Assembly (NCBI GenBank): GCA_964422835.1
Contig: CAYRCR010000001.1
Coordinates: forward strand, 212,517-276,516
Reading direction: 5' to 3'
Length of the DNA stretch: 64,000 bases
Origin: an uncultured Gammaproteobacteria bacterium
Lineage (GTDB): Bacteria > Patescibacteriota > Microgenomatia > Daviesbacterales > UBA10151
Numbering within the stretch: the first letter of the stretch is position 1; every line of letters starts with the position of its first letter. The notes under the pieces were generated by a model. The model ran no database searches and had not been told where the DNA came from. It worked only from the letters and a program-made list of their open reading frames with translations. A program made the position numbers and the translations under genes. This document shows positions 58,608-64,000 of this stretch, in pieces.

Positions 58608-58648
58608 CTTTTCACTTTTCCCTTTGCACTTATCACTTTCTTACGTAT
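58608..58648. repeat. ~50-nt repeat copy, intergenic (cttttcacttttccctttgcacttatcactttcttacgtatggatacata)
   Basis: Same orientation and 13-nt identical core as the miaA-internal copy. Lies upstream of the TrpR-like gene. Confidence 0.55.
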
Positions 58649-58712
58649 GGATACATAGTAAAATAGACGGGTAGAGAAGTCAACTCCCAGAATTGATATA
58701 ATTAATTATTGT

Positions 58713-59363
58713 ATGCTCAAAGAAATTAATTTTTGGGTTTCATCCTTGATCCCGCAAAAAATTTACTGGCACCTGGCAGGCCTTCTCCATCCCTGGCAAG
58801 CAATCCTGGAAAATGCCCTATCGCGCAAAGAGCTTTACCTGCGGGATGATAATATTGTTCCTTTATTTTCAAAAATGCACCTTATTGATAAAAAATATAC
58901 CGTGCTTGATATTGGCTGCGGAGCGGGACGGCTCGAGAATTTTTTGGCCGGGCAATTTAAAAGATGTATCGGTATCGATATCGCCCCTTCGATGATCAAG
59001 TTAGCCAAAAAATATGTTGGAAAAAAGAATGTGGAATTTTATGCTGGTAATGGCAAGGATCTAAAAAATTTTGATGATGAAACTTTCGATTTAGTCTTTT
59101 CTATGCTGGTCTTTCAACATTTGCCAAGAAAAATTTTTTTAAATTATTTAAAGGAATCTTACCGTGTTTTAAAAAATAACAGGAAAATATTTTTCCAGAT
59201 TTCAATATCTGATAGAAAGACGCCGGAACCTCCCAAAAATCATCCCTGGGCTCTAAGGTATTATTCCTCTGATGAGTTGAAGCAAATGTTAAAAAATATC
59301 GGGTATAGAAATATTAGTTTCCACAGCGCTACTGACCAAGCCCTTATTACAGCGTTGAAATAA
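58713..59363 (+). CDS. class I SAM-dependent methyltransferase
   Basis: Motif I VLDIGCGAGRL. Confidence 0.75.
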   Translation: MLKEINFWVSSLIPQKIYWHLAGLLHPWQAILENALSRKELYLRDDNIVPLFSKMHLIDKKYTVLDIGCGAGRLENFLAGQFKRCIGIDIAPSMIKLAKKYVGKKNVEFYAGNGKDLKNFDDETFDLVFSMLVFQHLPRKIFLNYLKESYRVLKNNRKIFFQISISDRKTPEPPKNHPWALRYYSSDELKQMLKNIGYRNISFHSATDQALITALK

Positions 59364-60267
59364 TTTTCTCAACCTCTTTCACAGAACTTGTTTCCATCAA
59401 TTTTTTCCGCAATTTTGAGGCATTTCTATAACCCAAAGTGTAGCATTTGAAGAATTTTTTCAGGATATTAAAATTCTTCGTACCCAGCCAGGTTTTATTA
59501 AATAATCTGGCATGGAAAAGTAGAAGTTCTAACATTTCCTGTAAGGTTGCTTTGTGTTCTTTATCAGAAAATGCCCATAAATTTTTAAAAATCCCCCGTC
59601 CGATCATTACGCCATCAACCCCGTATTTTTTACAAAACTTGAGCCCCTGAATTTTATCTTCGACATCTCCATTACCAAAGATTAAAGTTTTTGACCCCAT
59701 TTTATTGCGAATTTTTACGGCCTTTGCAATTTCATCCCAATGACACGGCACTTTAGAAAGTTCCCTGGCAGTCCGGCCGTGAACCGTGATTGCATAAAGA
59801 TTTTGTTTTAATAAAAATCCAATCCACTCTTCAGTAATAATTTTATCCAACCCAATTCTGGTTTTAACGCTAATTGGCAAATTCGGGACACCCTTTTTGA
59901 CCGCTTTAATAATTTTTTGGGCCAAATTGTGATTTTGAATGAGCGCAGCACAGGCTCCCTTTTTAACTGCCTTTTTATCCGGGCAGCCCATATTGATGTC
60001 GATACCGTCAAACCCGAGTTTTTTACAAAACCTGGCAGCTTTTTCAAAATTATCAGGGTTTATGCCCCAAAGTTGGGCCACAATTGGTTTTTCTTCTTTC
60101 GCAAATTTTAATCGCTGCATGATTTTTTCTGATCCGGCAGAGAAGAGTCCTTCGCAATTGGTAAATTCTGTGTAGAAAATATCGGGCTGGCAAGTTTTTA
60201 AAATGACCTGGCGGAAAACCGTGTCCGTCACATCATCCATCGGCGCCAGAGAAAAAATTGGTTTCAC
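59347..60267 (-). CDS. dus: tRNA-dihydrouridine synthase
   Basis: LAPMDDVTD and GFDGIDINMGCP motifs. Confidence 0.85.
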   Translation of the reverse strand: MKPIFSLAPMDDVTDTVFRQVILKTCQPDIFYTEFTNCEGLFSAGSEKIMQRLKFAKEEKPIVAQLWGINPDNFEKAARFCKKLGFDGIDINMGCPDKKAVKKGACAALIQNHNLAQKIIKAVKKGVPNLPISVKTRIGLDKIITEEWIGFLLKQNLYAITVHGRTARELSKVPCHWDEIAKAVKIRNKMGSKTLIFGNGDVEDKIQGLKFCKKYGVDGVMIGRGIFKNLWAFSDKEHKATLQEMLELLLFHARLFNKTWLGTKNFNILKKFFKCYTLGYRNASKLRKKLMETSSVKEVEKIISTL

Positions 60268-60272
60268 TGTGG

Positions 60273-60545
60273 TTATTTAATTAACCGCTTAATGGTTTTG
60301 CCGGCAGTAAAACCGGGGAGTTTTTTACCGGGGATTTGAATCACTTCTCCTGTTTGAGGATTACGGCCACGGCGGGCGGCGCGTGACCTGATTAAAAATG
60401 TGCCAAAACCGGTAATAACTACTTTTTCACCCCTAAGGAGCGAATCCCTGATCAGGTCAAAAGTAAAATTAACAGCATCAGCAGCACCACGTTTGGTTAA
60501 ATATGATTTCCTGGCTACTTTTTCGATAAGTTCGTGCTTTGTCAT
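60273..60545 (-). CDS. hup: HU-family DNA-binding protein (start at MTKHELIEK)
   Basis: GFGTF...R.GRNP.TGE HU arm motif. Confidence 0.85.
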   Translation of the reverse strand: MTKHELIEKVARKSYLTKRGAADAVNFTFDLIRDSLLRGEKVVITGFGTFLIRSRAARRGRNPQTGEVIQIPGKKLPGFTAGKTIKRLIK

Positions 60546-60590
60546 GCACTCTGAAAATAGCACATGTTTGGGCTTCTGGCAAGCCCCAAT

Positions 60591-61916
60591 TTAGGCAGAA
60601 GCAAAGTCTGTGGCGCGGACTTCTCTGATTGTTGTCACTTTGACTTGTCCCGGAACCATGACTTCTTTACCAATTCTTGAGGCGATATCATGTGTCAGTT
60701 TTGGTAACTCATCATCGGAGATTTTTTCCGGATAAACTATCACTCTAACTTCCCGTCCGGCAGAGAGCGCATAAGCTTTTTCCACTCCTTCAAAAGAGGT
60801 AGCAATTTTCTCAATATCTTCAATTCTTTTAATATAATCCTCTACATCCTCACGTCTGGCTCCGGGCCTTGCCCCGGAAATTGCATCGGCAATATAGCAG
60901 AGAATTGATTCGGTTGAGGAAAATGGTTCGTCCTCATGATGTTGGGCAATGCAATTTACCACTTCTTTTGAAAGTTCATATTTTTTAGCCAGAGCCACAC
61001 CTTTTTCAACATGGGTTCCCTCATCATCCATATCTGCCACTTTTCCGATATCGTGAAGAAGACAGCCCAAACGCACAATATTGACATTGGCTCCAAGTTG
61101 CGTCGCCAAAGCTATCCCAATTCTTGTTTCTTCCAAAGTGTGTTGGATCATGTTTTGTCCATAAGAATACCTGTACTTAAACCTGCCTAAGAGCGCAACC
61201 AGCTCGCGGGGCAAATTATAAACACCAACCTGGTGGCATAAATCCTCACCTGTGGCAAACATAATTTTCTCGATTTCATCGGCAGTTCTTTTGACAATCT
61301 CTTCGATCCTTTCCGGCTGGATCCTGCCATCGGCCATTAATTTTTCCAAAGATTTTTTGGCAATTTCACGGCGGACCGGATCAAAGGAGGAAATAATTAA
61401 GACCCCGGGCGTTTCGTCCATTAATACATCAACTCCCGTGGCTGCCTCAAAAGCCCGGACATTTCTGCCCTCTTTACCGATAATCCGGCCTTTCATTTCC
61501 TCATCGGGAAGCTTAACTTGGGAGGTGGTAAATTCGGCAATATAATCCGTGGCGCCATGAAGCATTGCTTCTGCCAAAATTCCTTTTGATTTTTCATCAG
61601 CTTGCAGTTTAATTTGTTCTTCCGCTTCCCGGACTTTTTTGGAAATTTCTGAAGCCAAATCCTTTTCCACATTTTCAAGAAGTATTTTTTGAGCCTCATC
61701 GGAACTCATCTTGGAGGATTTTTCTAATTTCGAGATTAAATCCTTGCGGATTTTTTCCAAGCTTTCTAATTTTTCTTCAATTAACTGCTGTTTTTCGGCT
61801 AACATTCTTTCCCGCTCTTCCAAAATCCCCTCGCGCTTGGAGAGTTCAACTACATCAATACCAGCTTGCCCCGAGCCGTCAATTGGCGGACGAGGGGGAC
61901 CAAATGTTTTTTGCAT
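60591..61916 (-). CDS. rny: ribonuclease Y (KH + HD); N-terminal membrane anchor not evident
   Basis: Coiled-coil region, KH motif (IGKEGRNVRAFEAATGV), HD motif (LLHDIGK). Confidence 0.8.
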   Translation of the reverse strand: MQKTFGPPRPPIDGSGQAGIDVVELSKREGILEERERMLAEKQQLIEEKLESLEKIRKDLISKLEKSSKMSSDEAQKILLENVEKDLASEISKKVREAEEQIKLQADEKSKGILAEAMLHGATDYIAEFTTSQVKLPDEEMKGRIIGKEGRNVRAFEAATGVDVLMDETPGVLIISSFDPVRREIAKKSLEKLMADGRIQPERIEEIVKRTADEIEKIMFATGEDLCHQVGVYNLPRELVALLGRFKYRYSYGQNMIQHTLEETRIGIALATQLGANVNIVRLGCLLHDIGKVADMDDEGTHVEKGVALAKKYELSKEVVNCIAQHHEDEPFSSTESILCYIADAISGARPGARREDVEDYIKRIEDIEKIATSFEGVEKAYALSAGREVRVIVYPEKISDDELPKLTHDIASRIGKEVMVPGQVKVTTIREVRATDFASA

Positions 61917-62044
61917 ATTTTTTGGGGAGAAATTAAAAGTCCAAAGGAAACTCCCGGATTAAACCAGGCTGGGAAGAGTTGTAACTTTTCCTAAAACTAT
62001 TTTTTTCATAGTTTTCCTTAAACTTAAATTTCTCTATTAGTATT

Positions 62045-62707
62045 CTACCTGTTTCCCAAAATATTTTCAACTACCGCCTTAATAATTTCCCAACCAAAAC
62101 CTTTTCTCATGAGATATTCTATTGCCTTTTGTTTCCTTTTTTTGGGATCCAGGTTTTTCCAGGATCTCATCTTTTTCTCGAGGGCAAGTTTCGCAAGGTC
62201 CTCTTCACTAACAGCTAACGGCTCATTACTTATGACTTCCTCAATGATCTCCCTGCCAATTCCCTTCCTCACAAGTTCCATTTTAAGTGCGCGAATTCCT
62301 AAATTTTTACTTCTTCTTCTACCCTCTATCCAGGCCTTGGCAAACTCCAAATCGTTTAGCATGCCTTTTTGTTTTAGTCTTTCAATCAAAAGATCAACTA
62401 CCAAGGGAGAAATTTCCTCTTGATCTTTTATTTTTCTTTTAAAAGATAATGTTTTTAAATAATCACGGATTTCTTTTTCCGAACGCTGGCGGAAAGAAAA
62501 CAGGTTATACATTTTTTCCATTAACTTACCCACTTCCGCTTCGAAAATTAATTTTTCCAGATCTTTTTGTTCAATAATTTTACCCGGGACTAAACGGTAA
62601 TTTACCACTAAATCTTCATCTGCCCCAAAGGCAAACTGCCCATCAAGGAACACATTAAATCTTTTACTATTTTTCTTCTGGGGTTCAACCGAAGTTACCT
62701 TGGGCAT
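62045..62707 (-). CDS. recX: recombination regulator RecX
   Basis: 220 aa with three helical RecX repeats. Downstream of recA. Confidence 0.75.
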   Translation of the reverse strand: MPKVTSVEPQKKNSKRFNVFLDGQFAFGADEDLVVNYRLVPGKIIEQKDLEKLIFEAEVGKLMEKMYNLFSFRQRSEKEIRDYLKTLSFKRKIKDQEEISPLVVDLLIERLKQKGMLNDLEFAKAWIEGRRRSKNLGIRALKMELVRKGIGREIIEEVISNEPLAVSEEDLAKLALEKKMRSWKNLDPKKRKQKAIEYLMRKGFGWEIIKAVVENILGNR

Positions 62708-62708
62708 A

Positions 62709-63032
62709 TTACCCTAAGTTTGTTCGTCCTTTTTCTTTTAACGAAGCTTCTGTTTCCCCTTGATAAAATGTTACCCCTCTAGTGAACCGCTCCATACCAT
62801 TCTTAAATCCATTCGTCATATCCCAATCAATCTCTATAACCCCATACGGCGTTTGTTCATAAGTTCTAATACCTTTAGCAAATCCAGGGATTGCAAATGC
62901 AGCCTCCAATCGTTCTTTCGGAGTTTTACCCCACGGGATCACAGGCTTTCTAACCGGTGTCTTTTCAACTACCAGGGGAGTTTCTGGTCTGTTTTTCGAA
63001 CGATGAAGAATCTGATTTAATCTTTCAAGCAT
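62709..63032 (-). CDS. hypothetical protein between recA and recX
   Basis: 107 aa. No recognised motif. Confidence 0.35.
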   Translation of the reverse strand: MLERLNQILHRSKNRPETPLVVEKTPVRKPVIPWGKTPKERLEAAFAIPGFAKGIRTYEQTPYGVIEIDWDMTNGFKNGMERFTRGVTFYQGETEASLKEKGRTNLG

Positions 63033-63047
63033 TTCTTTATAAACTCA

Positions 63048-64000
63048 TTATACAGTTTCTGAAACTGTAGATTCTTCCTCTTCTTTACCTACCACCAATT
63101 CATTGCCCGATTTTTGTTTAATCCAGACAGTTCTGATTTCTTTTTCCAGTTTTTCCGCTAACTTTTTGTCTTCTTTTAAGGTAGCAATAGCCGCGGCCCG
63201 GCCCTGCCCTAAAAGCTGTTCATTCCATTTAATGAAAGCGCCTGCCTTCGTCAAAATCCCCAATTCAATTCCTACATCCAGGAGTTCCCCCTGGTGCGAA
63301 ATACCATTTTCATTCATATCAAACTCGGCAATGCGGAAGGGCGGAGCTACTTTATTTTTAACAATCTTGACGCGGTGACGCGATCCCACCACTAGATCTC
63401 CTTCTTTAATATTTTCAATTTTTCTAATATCAAGCCTGATAGTTGAATAAAATTTCAAGGCCAAGCCTCCGGTTGTAACCTCGGGATTACCAAACATCAC
63501 CCCGATTTTTTGCCGGAGCTGGTTGGTAAAAATCATAATAGTGTTGGTAGAAGAAATGGCGCCGGTGAGTTTGCGGAGTGCTTGTGACATCAGCCGCGCC
63601 TGCACTCCAATCATTGAGTCACCCATTTCCCCTTCAATTTCTGCCTTTGGCACCAGGGCTGCCACAGAATCAATTACCAAAACATCAATGCCCCCGGAAC
63701 GGATCAAGGTCTCGGCAATCTCCAGTGCCTGCTCTCCTGTATCGGGTTGTGAAATCAGCAAATCGTCAAGATTTACACCCAATTTTTGCGCCCTTTGCGG
63801 ATCAAGCGCATGTTCGGCATCAATAAAAGCTGCTACTCCGCCCTTTTTTTGTGCTTCGGCAATAACATGCAGGGCCACTGTAGTTTTCCCCGAGGCTTCC
63901 GGCCCAAATATTTCAACAATCCTACCTTTTGGTAAACCTCCAACACCTAAAGCCAGATCCAAAGCAATGGATCCTGTAGAGATCACATCAATTGACATCC
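63048..64000 (-). CDS. recA: recombinase RecA (N-terminus beyond window edge)
   Basis: Walker [11 protein letters not shown]2 loop region and overall RecA sequence. The ORF runs to the window end. Confidence 0.9.
   Translation of the reverse strand, partial: MSIDVISTGSIALDLALGVGGLPKGRIVEIFGPEASGKTTVALHVIAEAQKKGGVAAFIDAEHALDPQRAQKLGVNLDDLLISQPDTGEQALEIAETLIRSGGIDVLVIDSVAALVPKAEIEGEMGDSMIGVQARLMSQALRKLTGAISSTNTIMIFTNQLRQKIGVMFGNPEVTTGGLALKFYSTIRLDIRKIENIKEGDLVVGSRHRVKIVKNKVAPPFRIAEFDMNENGISHQGELLDVGIELGILTKAGAFIKWNEQLLGQGRAAAIATLKEDKKLAEKLEKEIRTVWIKQKSGNELVVGKEEEESTVSETV

Overview
This 64 kb window looks like a small-genome, AT-leaning bacterium, possibly CPR/Patescibacteria-like. That placement is an inference from gene content: class II B12-dependent RNR, archaeal-type AspRS, split transketolase, secD and secF as separate genes, and many short hypothetical membrane proteins. 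Most of the window is densely packed housekeeping genes on the minus strand: nrdR-nrdJ, fba, tktAB, rpiB, murA, gltX, aspS, relA-like, recJ, cca, secDF, comM/yifB, mtnP, miaA, dus, HU, rny, recX and recA. I also called a tRNA-Gln(CTG) and an RNase P RNA that the ORF track mis-calls as a protein. Accessory and unusual content, in order along the window: (1) A REP-associated tyrosine transposase (RAYT) at the 5' end, flanked by REP-like hairpins. (2) A ten-gene copper-handling island: CsoR, DUF1573, a Cys-rich exported protein, a CcdA-like protein, small peptides, a cupredoxin, CopA, a permease-cupredoxin fusion and CopZ. (3) A block at about 27.6-29.4 kb that looks GC-richer by eye. It holds a histidine-phosphatase gene and a P-loop protein gene translationally coupled to a GAF histidine kinase, convergent with an OmpR regulator. 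(4) Two unknown genes inserted between secD and secF. (5) A repeat-bounded cassette region at 49.1-52.3 kb. It contains a homopolymer-frameshifted unknown gene between 24-nt palindromic repeats, a 338-aa unknown protein between 17-nt direct repeats, and a HigB/HigA toxin-antitoxin pair bounded by a 59-bp duplication of the comM 3' end. This region is the best candidate here for a mobile, defence-like or undescribed system. (6) Short intergenic repeat families, one copy of which lies in-frame inside miaA. No CRISPR array was seen. No database search or computation was possible. All family assignments rest on motif recognition from the translated ORFs.
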